DNA from: an uncultured delta proteobacterium | GTDB lineage: Bacteria; Desulfobacterota; RBG-13-43-22 | Direction: 5' to 3' | Length of the DNA: 57,366 bases | Assembly: GCA_963711835.1 (NCBI GenBank) | Contig: CAVQFQ010000014.1 | Location: 1-57,366 of the forward strand | The notes under the pieces: generated by a model | Told to the model about the DNA's origin: nothing | Seen by the model: only the letters and a program-made list of their open reading frames with translations | The model's database searches: none | Shown: one piece after another, positions 38,223 through 49,924 of the stretch | Position numbering within the stretch: position 1 is the first letter of the stretch | Layout of the letters: the number at the start of each line of letters is the position of its first letter | Made by a program: the position numbers and the translations under genes

Positions 38223-39545
38223 TCATGAGATAATTCCATTTGTCAATTTCTCTGAAAGGAGCCATTGCCAGAGAGGGATTATAGTGATCCCCCGGCGGTC
38301 GCCTTCCGGGATTACTTCCTCCTCCCGAACTATCAGCGTGAGGCGCTGGGGTTTCAGCACCTCTTTAGCCTCCAGCAGTCCCTCCATTTCCCGCTTCCGG
38401 GTTTTGGCATCCTCCAGGGTGAGGCATACCTGGATGGCCTCCTCGATCTCCGCCCCCTTTCTGACAATAAAATCGATCTCCCGACCTTTGGGGGACTTCC
38501 AATAATAGAGTTCCTTTCCCCTTCGTTTAAGTTCCAGGAAGACCAAGTTCTCCAAAAGCCGCCCCAGATTACTGGAAAATTTAAAGCTGACGGAACCCAG
38601 CAGGGCCGGATCTATGCCGTAGATCTTGGAGGGATTATAAATCTGCCGCTTGACTGAATAATCAAAGAGATCAGTGGAGAAGAAGAGATAGACGTTTTCA
38701 AGCGCCTCCAGATAGCTTTTGACCGTGTTCAGGCTTCCGAGCCCCAGGAAACGACTCAACTGTTGATAACTCTGCACCGTAGCCGGATGGGCCGCCAGAT
38801 ACAGGGTCAGCTCCTTAATTTCCTTGATATGCTTGATGCCGTAGCGGACGATCACATCCCGGTAGAGGATGTCCTGAAAGTATTGGGTCAGAAGAGAGGT
38901 CTCGCCCAGCTTCAGCACTTCCGGAAAACCGCCCAGATAGATATAGTCCTCCAGAAGTCTTTTGATCGCGGCTTTTTTCTTCCGGTCAAAAACGTCTCTG
39001 GGCTGAATTTCAAGCCCCTTCAGATTTAAAAATTCCCTGAAAGAGAAAGGCCAGGTGACCACCTGGCGGTTTCGACCGGTCAGGGCCGTGGAAATTTCGG
39101 AACTCAGCAAGGTGGCGTTGGAACCGGTTACGAATATCTTGGCCGCCTCGAATTCGTAGAGACGATTCAGCCATCGCTCCCAGCCGGGTATGTTTTGAAT
39201 TTCATCCAGGAAGAGAACTATCCGTCCCCGGGGATTTTCCAATTCCAGGAAGGACTCGTACAACTTTTCGAAATCGGAGACCGAAAAAGAGACAAAGCGT
39301 TCATCCTCGAAATTCAGGTACATGATGTCGGCTTCGGAAACCCTTTTTTTATCAAGGAGATCTCCGCAGATCAGTCTCAAAAGCGAAGACTTCCCGCTTC
39401 TTCGGACCCCGGTGATGACGATGATTTCCCGCTGGGGGATGAAGGGCTCGATCTCCTTCTGAACTCCCCTTTTGACCAAGTTCCCTCGGGAGAGGAAATG
39501 ACGTTTGTGGTCGACTAGAAGTTCCTTTAATTTTTCCTTTTCCAT
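38223..39545 (-). CDS. AAA_14 + DUF4143 ATPase with C-terminal nuclease-like motif
   Basis: GVRRSGKS, YLNFEDER, FLDEIQ, TGSNA, GGFPE, K.Y..D, LENLVFLEL, EIDF..IQV. Confidence 0.92.
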   Translation of the reverse strand: MEKEKLKELLVDHKRHFLSRGNLVKRGVQKEIEPFIPQREIIVITGVRRSGKSSLLRLICGDLLDKKRVSEADIMYLNFEDERFVSFSVSDFEKLYESFLELENPRGRIVLFLDEIQNIPGWERWLNRLYEFEAAKIFVTGSNATLLSSEISTALTGRNRQVVTWPFSFREFLNLKGLEIQPRDVFDRKKKAAIKRLLEDYIYLGGFPEVLKLGETSLLTQYFQDILYRDVIVRYGIKHIKEIKELTLYLAAHPATVQSYQQLSRFLGLGSLNTVKSYLEALENVYLFFSTDLFDYSVKRQIYNPSKIYGIDPALLGSVSFKFSSNLGRLLENLVFLELKRRGKELYYWKSPKGREIDFIVRKGAEIEEAIQVCLTLEDAKTRKREMEGLLEAKEVLKPQRLTLIVREEEVIPEGDRRGITIIPLWQWLLSEKLTNGIIS

Positions 39546-39690
39546 CCCGGCAATCGTTACTTAATATATTTCATTCTTATCGCAATATATAACATATAAT
39601 CGTTCAATGGCAATAAAATATTCTTAAGTTCGCCTCTGACCTCTGGTTTCTTTTTCTAATCTCCGGCCATCCCCGGTAAAACAGTCGGGG

Positions 39691-39907
39691 TCATATCAGA
39701 CCCGCCAAACGCATCGCTTCTATCTCTTGACCGATGCCTTCCTCAAAAGATATCGGAGAATAGCCGAACTCATCGTGGGCCTTGCTAAAATCAAACACCT
39801 TATCTTCATTTAGGCGTAAAATCTGTTCGGCTTTAATGGGAAAAAATAGGCCAATTTTTTCTAATAGTCGCAGGGTCCCGACCATAAGCATGAGGGGTAA
39901 ATGGATA
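39691..39907 (-). pseudogene. C-terminal remnant of an NAD-dependent epimerase/dehydratase
   Basis: IHLP..EQILRLNEDKVFDFSKAHDEFGYSPISFEEGI; frame begins at the palindrome at 39908. Confidence 0.75.
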
Positions 39908-40122
39908 TTACCGATTTTGTCCTTGAGACGAAATCGGTAAAGCTGGAATTATGGATAGCGGGTTGGTGGTTCGAAAATTTACCGAAAATATCTTTGAGAC
40001 GATATCGGTAAGACCGGCTGATTGCTTGGAAGGCTTTAGATAGTTATTAGGAGATCCCTCATGCACCGTGTTTTTCACGTCTGGTTATTTTACCGATTTT
40101 GTCCTTGAGACGATATCGGTAA
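39908..40122. repeat. Three copies of a 33-bp palindrome (REP-like cluster)
   Basis: TTACCGATTTTGTC-CTTGA-GACGAAATCGGTAA at 39908, 39979 (variant) and 40090; spacers 38 and 78 bp. Confidence 0.9.
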
Positions 40123-40207
40123 ATAGGGTCCCTTTTTCTTTTTGACCCATTGGAATAACTAAGTTCGGGTATGTTTACCTTTTCGTTAAAAAGCAGCCTT
40201 TCCCTTT

Positions 40208-41349
40208 TTACTTATGGCAGGAACGAACAACCCCTATCACCCTTTCTAAATCTTCTTCCGTCATGGCTGTCCCAGAGGGCAAACAAAGGCCGCGGGCGAA
40301 TAAATCTTCACTCACCTCTCCTCCGACAACCCGGCAGTCCTTGAAAACCGGTTGCAGGTGCATAGGCTTCCAGACCGGCCGTGATTCGATATTTTCTGCT
40401 TCCAGGGCCAGCCGGACCGTTTCCCTGTCCGCCCCAAATTCTTTTGGAGTGATTAAGATCACAGTAAGCCAGCGATTGGATCTGCCGTAGGGGGCCTCAG
40501 GCATGAATTCGACACCTGGCAGATCTCCTAAAAGGTTCCGATAGATATCGAAAATTTTCCGTCTAGCCGACACCCTCATTTCCAACACCTGAAGCTGGGC
40601 GCGCCCTACGGCGGCCAGCAGGTTGCTCATGCGGTAGTTGTAGCCGATTGCCGAATGTTCGTAGTGAGGGGCCGGATCGCGGGCCTGTGCTGCCAGGAAC
40701 CGAGCCCGCTCAACGTACTCCCGTTTATCGGAAGCAGCATCCCGCCGCCCGAGGTGGTGATGATTTTGTTGCCGTTGAAGGAAAGTACGGCCATCTCACC
40801 GAAATTGCCGGCCGGCTTCCCTTTGTAGGACGCACCCAAGGCCTCCGCCGCATCCTCTACTAATGGGACCTGATAACGGTCAACCACCTCGATTATGGCA
40901 TCGTAATCAGCGCACTGGCCATAGAGATCCACCACGGTAACCCCCTTGGGTAGCCTTTTCCTGGCTGCTGCCCTATCCAGTTCTTTACTTAAAAGGCCGG
41001 GATCCATATTCCAGGTAGCGCGGTCGCTGTCAATAAAGACAGGCCTGGCCCCACAGTAAACAGCCGCATTGACTGTGGCGGCAAAGGTCAGGTCCGAGCA
41101 GAAGACCTCATCCCCCTGGCGCACTCCGAGCATTATCAAGGCCAGATGCAGGGCGGCCGTGCCGCTGGCCAAAGCGGCAGCGTATCCAACACCGATCGCA
41201 TCCACCATTTCCGACTCAAAAGCATCTACCTGGGGGCCCAGCGTGGTAATCCAATTCGATTCCAAGGCTTCCAGGAGCAGCTTCTTTTCAAGGGCGGCGA
41301 GGTGGGGGGGGGAAAGGTATAGTCGGGGAATAGGGTAAAGATCATTCAT
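40208..41349 (-). CDS. DegT/DnrJ/EryC1 sugar aminotransferase (PglE-like), frameshift near 40730
   Basis: LSPPH, SGTAALHLAL, EDAAEALG, SFNGNKIITTSGGG, ESRPVWKPMH, GLCLPSG. Confidence 0.93.
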
Positions 41350-41758
41350 CTTGAATAGGAATATTCCTGATCACCTTGACCGGGGAGCCTGCAGCAATGA
41401 CATTTGCTGGAATGTCTCGATTAACAAAACTGCAAGCACCAATAATTGAATTTTCTCCAATGGTTACACCAGGCATCACGACACAGTGGCTGCCCACCCG
41501 ACAGTTTCTTTTAAGAACGATCTTCCCTTTTTTGTTGTCGATTGTGGAGACGGAATAAATTGCACAATGGGCACCGATCTGGACATAGTCTTCTATCTCT
41601 ACGCCCTCTTGGGCATTAATATACGTAAAGGCGCCGATATCAGTTTTATGCCCCAGATGAAAATTGTCCACATGTTGAATTATCCAATGATATTTTGTCG
41701 GCCGGTTTTCTTCGATCAGCGGGTATTCCCAGTGATCAAAACGATTTTTTTTATTCAT
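41342..41758 (-). CDS. Hexapeptide-repeat acyltransferase
   Basis: Left-handed beta-helix repeats, [18 protein letters not shown]...AGSP. Confidence 0.9.
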   Translation of the reverse strand: MNKKNRFDHWEYPLIEENRPTKYHWIIQHVDNFHLGHKTDIGAFTYINAQEGVEIEDYVQIGAHCAIYSVSTIDNKKGKIVLKRNCRVGSHCVVMPGVTIGENSIIGACSFVNRDIPANVIAAGSPVKVIRNIPIQDE

Positions 41759-42380
41759 GATGAACTGAAGATCCTTTGAATTCTTCCATGGTCGCCTGTC
41801 CGGACTGATTGATCCCCTCCCGTTTTAGTATCTTCCATATAGTCATAAAAATAATTTTAAGGTCAAGCAAGAACGATTGATGATCTACATACCAGACATC
41901 CCGTTTGAATTTTTCCTCCCAGGTAATGGCATTGCGACCATTTACCTGCGCCCACCCCGTGATACCCGGCTTAACTTCATGGCGTCGGGTCTGCTCCGGT
42001 GTATATCGATCCAAGTATTCCATTAACAAAGGTCTTGGCCCCACCAGACTCATCTCGCCTTTAATACATTCCAATAGCTCCGGGCAGTTCATCTAAGCTC
42101 AGTTTGCGCAATAGACGTCCTACTCTAGTCAACCGTTGATCATCCGGCAAAAGTTCTCCTTTTTCATTTATATCATTATTCATGGTCCTGAAGTTCTACA
42201 AGCCTGAAGGGTTTCCCACTTAGCCCCGAACGTGTTTGTATAAACAAGAGGGGGGGGTCTTCATAGAAACAAGAACAAGCAAGGCAATTAAACCCCAAAA
42301 AGGCAAGAATAAAAAAATCGTCGGAGGGTAAGCAAAAGGTCCAACATACTTTTTCCTAGTCGGGGATAAAATGCCGATAC
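41751..42380 (-). CDS. Sugar transferase (PglC-like), multiply frameshifted; start approximate
   Basis: [48 protein letters not shown]. Confidence 0.85.
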
Positions 42381-42383
42381 AGT

Positions 42384-43605
42384 TTAATTGGGATTAGCCA
42401 TCTTTTCAACTAGCCTTTTAAACTGCTCAGCTTGGTCCCTGCGGTTAAAGTGCCTAACAACATACTCACGGGCCGCCAACCCCATCGCCCGAGAACGATC
42501 CGGATCATCCGCGAGGGTCTTTATGACTCCCGCCAAGGCTTTCTCATCTCCCGGTGGGACAAAAACGCCACCTATAGATTCCTCGATCACTTTTCTAATT
42601 ACGCCGTCAATGGCTAAAATGGTCGGGCGACCGGCGGCCATATAGTCAAAGACTTTATTCGGGTAGGTGGTGGAAAACATGGGTATATTTTTCAGAATGG
42701 CTAGGCAGGCATTGGAGGCCGCCAGAATTTCCGGCATTTCCGATTTTGGACGGGCACCTGTAAATACGACCTGTTTCAAGTGTAACCCCTCGACATGACC
42801 TCTAGATTAGACCGCTCTTTTCCATCCCCTACCACTAGAGAAAAATATATCCTGTCGTTCCTTCAGACGCTCCGCCGCCCGGATCACGGTGGTCAGGTCG
42901 TTGGCCAACCCCAAAACCCCTGCATAGGTTACCACAAACTTACCATTAAGTCCCAGCTCCCGGCGAATCTGGTCCCCCCGGACTGCGAATCGAACATTTT
43001 CGGGTCAACCCCGTTGGGTATCAAGCTGACATTGGCTGACGGGATACCTCTGTTGGTCAGGTGGTCGCGATAGGCCGGCGAGTTGATAAGGATATGGGTG
43101 GCGCGGGCATAAAGAAAACGCTCCAGTCGGCGGGAAAAAGAAATCAAAAAAGGATTAGTCAGGACCCCCATATCGATTGCGAATTCAGGCCATAAGTCTC
43201 GAATCTCCAGCAAAAATGGTTTGCGACGCAGGAAGGCCACCAACCAGGCGGAGACCGCTTGAAAAATAGGTGGGGATGTGCCCATAACCAGGTCTATCGG
43301 CCCTGACCTCAAACCTTTCCAGAAAGAGGTGACCATGAAGCTGAAAAAGGAAGCCACCCGCCAGACAAAACTCTTGTGCAACGTGCGGAGAGTACTGGCG
43401 GGCGCAGCACCCTTACCGATCCACCCTCTCCCTCCAAACCTTAAGGTTCTTCCGCTACCGGACGTCCGGTCAGGTAGCTGATGTTACTGGCTACGATGGT
43501 CAGCCGGTGCCCGGCCAACTTTAAATATTGGCCCAGTTCAAAATGACGGGTCCCGCCGGCTTCCCGCGGTGACACAAAGGCCTGATGGATCAGTAACAGG
43601 TTCAT
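42384..43605 (-). CDS. GT4 glycosyltransferase (WbuB-like), frameshifted
   Basis: MNLLLIHQAF..AGGTRHFE, TSPPIF, EIRDLWPE, IPNGVD, PNKVFDYMAAGRP. Confidence 0.88.
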
Positions 43606-43614
43606 GATTCCAGG

Positions 43615-45785
43615 TTAGTTTAGGTCCAAATGTTCTTCGATTTTGCCTGAAATTGTAACAGATGATACCAGGGATTGCCTATTCCCGGAGTTCAGAACCA
43701 CATCTGACAGCCAGTCCGGCCCCTGAACTGAAATGTGCCCGTTCTTGAATGAAACCTTGCGAGATAAGGGAGTTAACAACGTCCAAAAAAGGATATTTCT
43801 TTCCCGAACCGTCAATTCAAGTGAAATAGCCGGCTCTCGGGCCTCATAATAAGGTGCTTTCCACCCCCGAGGAGAATTTTTATCGGCTCGAATGAGTGAG
43901 TAGATTGTGCTTGGTTTGGAACTTCCTGTTTGCACATAAAAAGGCCCTTCCGGTGTCGATAAAATCAGGTGACCTGAATTATCGTCCCATTGGTAAGGCA
44001 GATCGGCAAAGAGCCAATGGAGGCGGTATGATGGGCCCCCGAACTGCTAAGTCGATCAAGGACCAACCAAGCCCCATCGGCTATTTGAAGGATGCCTCGA
44101 CAGTATTTGACAGTGTGTTTTAAATATTGGTAGCCGTCATGCTCTCCCTCCCAGAAAGCCAATTGCCCCGAGACGCGATCGTTTCCTCCTTACCAATCCA
44201 CCGTGTACCCAAGGGAGCCAGAGAAATTTTGCTAGCCGGTCCACATGTCCCGATTGTCAACGGTAACGGAGTTGTGGAAAGCAGTCCCGGATAAGACATT
44301 ATTCCAGGGATCTGGAGCATTGTAGCTGAAGGTGCCAGGATCCAGAGCGATATTTTGTCCCCTCCACCAGAAGTCCACATGAAGCAGATCGGCATGGCTC
44401 GGTCTATGATTAAAGATCCCGCAGCGGATAAAAATAAACCCCTCTTTCCCCCGGAGAGTGTAAAAACCTCCCCTTTCAGCGGATAGATCTCTTTTAATTG
44501 AGGACTCTACGGGGGATTTGAGGGCTGCGGGGGCCGAATAACCACAATAAATCTTCATCCCAAGGCCCGTCCGGATGGCAGCGCCACCCTCGACCAAGGA
44601 ATTTCACGGTCTGGGTCACCGGTCTATAATCCTGGTAGTCCAATTGTTTAAGGGCAATATCAAGGTTCCGTCATTTGCGCCATAGTTTGGCAGATGGCCG
44701 GTTTTTTCATCTATCAGTTGAAAAAGAAATTCAGCCGATAGGACCACCCTCTCCCGAAGTTCCCGACTGAAAGGCTGATTATTCAATTCTCCCAATCGCA
44801 GCGTCCACAAGTAATCGTGAAGCACTCAACCTCTGATAATTGAACGAATGCTGGGCATAAGAACCATCATTGTAAATCAGCTCCTGCCCTTGGGTTTCCA
44901 GAATTTCCATTCCTCTTTGCCGCCATCGTTCGGCCTGCTGAAATTCCGGGAATAGCAACCCTATGGTCCACAGGCCCATCCCTTCACTGATGCCGTGGTT
45001 GTTCTGTTGGCTGAGAGCGTAATAGATATTAGCCTCGATGCGTTCCCCGGAAACGGCTATCATATTGGCCAGCATCGTCACACGGTCTGCCGTTGTACAG
45101 TGGCTGTTCAAGAACCCATAAAGGCCGAAGCACCAAGCCATGACCCGGAAACTGACTTCCTGGCCACACTTCCAATTCGGTCCCTTCTGAGGAGGGTTTT
45201 GGTTTCCCCAATCATCGACCAGCTTCCAGAATATTTCCGGGGACCGCTCTTCCCCGGTCCGCCAATAGGCCCGCACCAACGGGTAGGTGAATGGAGAAAC
45301 GGCTTAATTCCCAGATGACCTTAATATCGCCAAATCCGAAATCACTGATGCGACTCCAGTGTCGGTCCTTTGGAGCCCGCTGATTGGTAAAAGGGTTGTA
45401 ATGCCAATCCGGGGGGAAGCCCGCCTTGGCATAGCTTTTAAAAAAATAAAAAAAATTCCTTTTTCAATTTCCTCGGCTATCAGCGCAGGTACTAAACAAT
45501 CGGCATCCCAATTTTGGAAATAGGGAGCAAACGCTTGACGAGATTGGGGTTTAAAGAGGAACCTGGGAGATTTTTCCAAGCGGTACTTATGGTAGGTTTC
45601 TTGGTCAGCCAGGAGGGGGTCGGTTAAGTACTGGGATAAATTCCGCTCTTCCCAAAGTCGCGACAGGTATTTTTCTCTCCATCAGACCGAAGCGCATCTG
45701 GGCGGCATATCGTAGTCGATAAAGCAACCAGCCCGATCCATACGTTTTCCATATTAAAAAATACTTTTTTGGCCGATAACCCCAT
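43615..45785 (-). CDS. Heparinase II/III-like protein, many frameshifts
   Basis: NPP..GPNWKCGQE..R, QQNNHGISE, DGSY.QHS.NY, PNYGANDG, RPSHADLLH.D.W..G.NIALDPG.FSYN, HNSVTVD. Confidence 0.82.
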
Positions 45786-45809
45786 CTAGGTTAAGTCGCT
45801 TGGGTTCTA

Positions 45810-46898
45810 CTAGTTGAAGATAATAGCGGTGATTCGCTCATGGCTCGGCCGTCCCAGAGGGGGATCTTTTTTGCTTTGGGCCAGCGGTTTTCTATTACGT
45901 CTGTAAAGGCCCGACGAATGTGCTTCCGGTCGATCCCACCTAGCCGGCTGGTCCCTAACTCCAGGTAATCGGGCGCTCAGTGTTTTCCCGGGAGGGTCAG
46001 ACAAGGGATTTTCAATACCGTCGTTTCCTCCTGCATGCCACCGGAATCGGTAAGGACCATTTTTGCTTGGCCCATTAGGGCGAGGTTTTCCCATAAGAAA
46101 TTGGATTTACAACAAAAAAACGATTTGATGAGAAAATATTTTTATCTAGCCCAAAGCGGCGGATAGCCTGCCGTGTCCTCGGATGGATTGGAAAGATCAT
46201 TGGGATTTCCTCGCTCAATTCCAAAAAGAGTTGAAGCAAATGCCCCAGGATTTTAGGATCATCCACATTGGAAGGGCGGTGAAGAGTTACCAGCCCGTAC
46301 CTTTTTGGTTGTAGCCCCCATTTTTCAAGGTAGAGGGGAATTTCAATCTTTTTTATTTCATCGAGCAGGGTATCAATCATTACATTTCCAACCAGATGGA
46401 TTTTTTCCTTGTTCACCCCTTCGCGTCTTAGGTTTTCCACCCCGCTAGGCTCGGAAACAAAAGAACCTCCGATATGGCATCGGTCAAAAGGCGGTTGATT
46501 TCCTCGGGCATAGTCCGGTCAAAGGAGCGAAGTCCGGCCTCAATATGGGCTACCGGGATCCCCAGCTTCACCGCCGCCAGGGCGCAGGCCACCGTGGAAT
46601 TCACATCACCGAAAACAATAGTGACCAGGGGGGAGGTTTGCAATAGATGGGTTTCATAACGCTCCAGGATACGGGCCTGTCTGGTGCCATGGGTCCAGGA
46701 ACCCACCCCCAGATGCACTTCCGGTTTTGGGATTTCCAACTCCTCAAAAAAAACGGCGTCCAGTTCCCGTTGGTAATGTTGCCCGGTATGCACAATCCGG
46801 GGTTGTAGTCGGCGGCTCTTCGAAAAGGCCCGAAAAACTGGAGCCAATTTAATAAAATTAGGGCGGGTCCCGGCAACCAGGTCGATGATGGGTTTCAT
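45810..46898 (-). CDS. wecB: UDP-GlcNAc 2-epimerase (non-hydrolysing), frameshifted
   Basis: GTRPNFIK, HTGQHY, GDVNST, HIEAGLRS, MPEEINR, GNVMID, TLHRPSNVD. Confidence 0.9.
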
Positions 46899-46920
46899 TC
46901 TCTTATAATTTCTGTTAGCG

Positions 46921-46950
46921 ACACCCCCGGTTTTGCCGGGGACTCCTAAG
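46921..46950. mobile_element. IS200/IS605-type terminal hairpin remnant
   Basis: ACCCCCGG-TTTTG-CCGGGGACTC at the boundary to an AT-rich block; no tnpA nearby. Confidence 0.45.
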
Positions 46951-46959
46951 TTTTACAAT

Positions 46960-47550
46960 AACAAATCGGGATATTCTCTCTAATACGCTTCAATACGAAG
47001 TGGATGCTATTTTGGTTGTTTCGGATCAGATGGCCATTTTTAAAGTTTTTTTCCATTAATTCTGTGATAGTTTCTACCTGAATTTTGCGTCAATAAACTT
47101 TAATTTTATTCAAATGCAATAAAAATGGGATCATAAGTAAATTTTTAAGCCAAAAAAATTAACCCAATAAGTGAGAGCAACTTCTCAAAAAGGGCATAAA
47201 ATATGGACGCTGGGAACCCTACTATTCATGAGGATTTTGGAGAATCCCCCAAATTACTTCTTCATTTATTCGTTTTTTACGTGCAAAATATTTTTTGCAC
47301 GTAAAATATCTATAATCAACGGTGCAAAATTCAGGTTCGACTGCATCGGAACGGCCCTCTGGTATTGTTTTCTCGGCATAATAACCATACCGGGTGCAAC
47401 CCTAATTCAATACATTTTTTTGGGCTATTCATACGGCCTCATGCTTGTAAATAAACCTGATTCCAATTTTTCCATGAAAAAACCAATATTTTCTTAAAAC
47501 CTCGAACATTTTTTGTCACTTTATAAACTCCAGCATGGGCAAACAGTCTG
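46960..47550 (-). pseudogene. Degraded AT-rich ORF, possibly a methyltransferase
   Basis: Gene-sized gap in the operon with short frames such as KKCIELGL; no continuous ORF. Confidence 0.25.
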
Positions 47551-47552
47551 AT

Positions 47553-49511
47553 TCAAACACCTATTTTAACATTTTGCATTTCGGCATTAAAATCCAATTT
47601 TATTTTGATTGGTAATTGGCCATCTAAAAAGACACAGGCCCACGCCTCGATACACACTAGTTTCCAAATCACATCAAACCAGAGGGGTAGACTATGATTC
47701 TTCAAAACAGCTTCTACGTTTTTCCAGTTTAAAATTCCACGAGAGCGTGACTTAGTTGAAAGTAATAAATCTTTAACAAATCCATAATGTTTACCCCTCA
47801 TCCAGACTTCAGCCGGCGTATCAAAGCCTACTTTCTTTCTATTTAAGACTTCTCCTGGAACCATTTCAGAAATAGCCTTTCTAAGAATCCATTTTGAGGC
47901 TCCGTCTCGAAATTTCAGATCGAAGGGGGTTTCAAAAGCAAATTGTACCATTCGAGGGTCTGCAAGTGGAACTCGCGACTCCAAACTACATGCCATGCTC
48001 ATTCGATCATCTTGGTGAAATAAGCCGGTTAAAAAGCTTGCATATCCCAATGCATCAATTTATTACCAGGGTCGGTTGCAGGAGACTTTGAAATAACTTC
48101 ATTGAAAATCATCTGGCAGCGATTGCGAGAGATCATTTCCTTGTCTTCGAAAAGCTTCTGCCATACCGATTCCTGGACCACCGCAAAGTTTTCAAAGTAA
48201 TGCTTACGCCAATTACAACAGGTTAAAAAGTTGTGTGCTAGCCGTTTCAAGTTACGGGTGTTGGCCAATTGCTTTAAAAGATTTCCTCTAACTAGATTAT
48301 TTTTCGTGCTTTGATCAGCTCCTACTTTCAAGCCCATTAATAATGACTTAAATATATGGATAGGGTGAGCCAAAGCATACCGCGCATACCCACCAAAAAG
48401 TTCATGGCTCCCGGCCTCCCAGACAAACTTTTACATGGTCTGAGGCTAGTTTACTCACGTAGTACATTGGGAACATCGCAGCACCGATTACAGGTTCGTC
48501 CTGAAAATAAATTAAACGCATTAGATCATCAGGAAATGTTGAGCCATCTATAGTTGTTAAATGTAGTTCTAAACCAAGGCTTCTTGCCGACGCTTCTTGA
48601 AATGGCCGCTCATCAATAACACTTTTATCGTTAAAATAAATTCCAAAGCAAGCTGGTGGCTTGCCGGCTTGCTTCGCAAATGCCGCCACCGTACTTGAAT
48701 TTATACCCCCACTAAAAAAAGAACCGACGGGTACATCAGCCATTAATTGACTATCAATCACTAGAGCCAACTGCTCACTCAACATCTTTACGTTCGCCTC
48801 AGGTGACCCACCTCTTGATTCGAAACTTTTGACCTGCCAGTAAATCTTTCGTAAATCTCCCTTTCTAGTGATCTGTAAAAATTCACCCGCACGTAGTTGT
48901 TTTATATCTCTAAAAAAGGTTTTATCGAACAAAGTTGTATGAAAATGGAGGTACTGATTGATGGCTTCATTATCAATTTTACATAATTCTTTATTAAACT
49001 CGAGTATGGCTTTGATTTCATTTGCAAAAATAATGCTCGTTCCGTCATCATAATAATACAATTGCTTAACACCAAGAGGATCCCTTGCTAGTGTTAAAAT
49101 ATGTTCTTTCTCGTCCCAAAAGGCAAAAGCAAAAATTCCATACAAATCAGCCAAACATGCCGGCCCCCTCTCTTCCAATAGGTGCAGTAATGTCTCTGCA
49201 TCCGAAGTACCACGAAATAAATGTCCTCTCGATTCTAACTCTCTACGATAAATCTTGTGATTATATATTTCACCGTTATAGGTAATCCAGCACTTGCTAT
49301 CTTCATTTGGTATTGGCTGTTGCCCAGCCGACGAAAGATCTATAATGGACAACCTTCTATGGCCCAACCCTATTCCAATCGAGTCATTAATATAGTATCC
49401 ATAATCGTCTGGACCACGATGTCTGAGGACCAACGTCATCTTCATCAGGAGTTCCCTGTCAACAGGTTTTCCCAATCCCTTGTAATGATAAATTCCTGCG
49501 ACTCCGCACAT
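47553..49511 (-). CDS. asnB: Asparagine synthase-like amidotransferase of the polysaccharide cluster, two frameshifts
   Basis: MCGVAG, HRGPD, GHRRLSIIDLS, NGEIYN, RDPLGVK, DRMSMA.SLESRVP, R.KVGF. Confidence 0.9.
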
Positions 49512-49705
49512 AAGGTTTTTAAACTGATTATTCACTTTCATTTTTTCATTGCAATATCTTAAAATAATGTTAGAACCTTTTTCTAAGCTTTCTGCATATC
49601 ACATAGCAGGAGCATTCTGCCCTATTTATTATTGCCATATATGAGTGGTGCCACAGGCCTCAACTCTACCATTTTCCCTTCTCCCTCAGGCGACGATTCT
49701 TCTTA

Positions 49706-49766
49706 GCCCAACAACGAATTCAGTGGCACGCCGTTAGCCGTCGTCCACTGCAGTGCATGGTTCAAG
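49706..49766 (-). other. attC site whose R'' box is supplied by the end of the IS91-like element
   Basis: Minus strand CTTGAAC-CATGC-ACTGCAGT-GG...CC-ACTGAAT-TCGTT-GTTGGGC; L'' has one unpaired base. Confidence 0.8.
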
Positions 49767-49924
49767 TAAGCCGCTGTGCGGCAGAACCCTTTCTTCGTAA
49801 TCCTTCCTGAAGAATCTCTTCAGAAGTCCATTCAATAGGACCCATACCATTTAGTCCAGTATGATACTTCAAAACCCCTCCTCATGGAAAGGGGAAATCC
49901 ATCCTATGAGAAAGGAGAAGTATC

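Noticed and set aside
39908-40122. CRISPR array
   Set aside because: Only three repeats, unequal spacers (38, 78), fully palindromic repeats that also occur singly elsewhere, and no cas genes
46910-46925. attC box GTTAGCG upstream of wecB
   Set aside because: No partner box or L-box pairing
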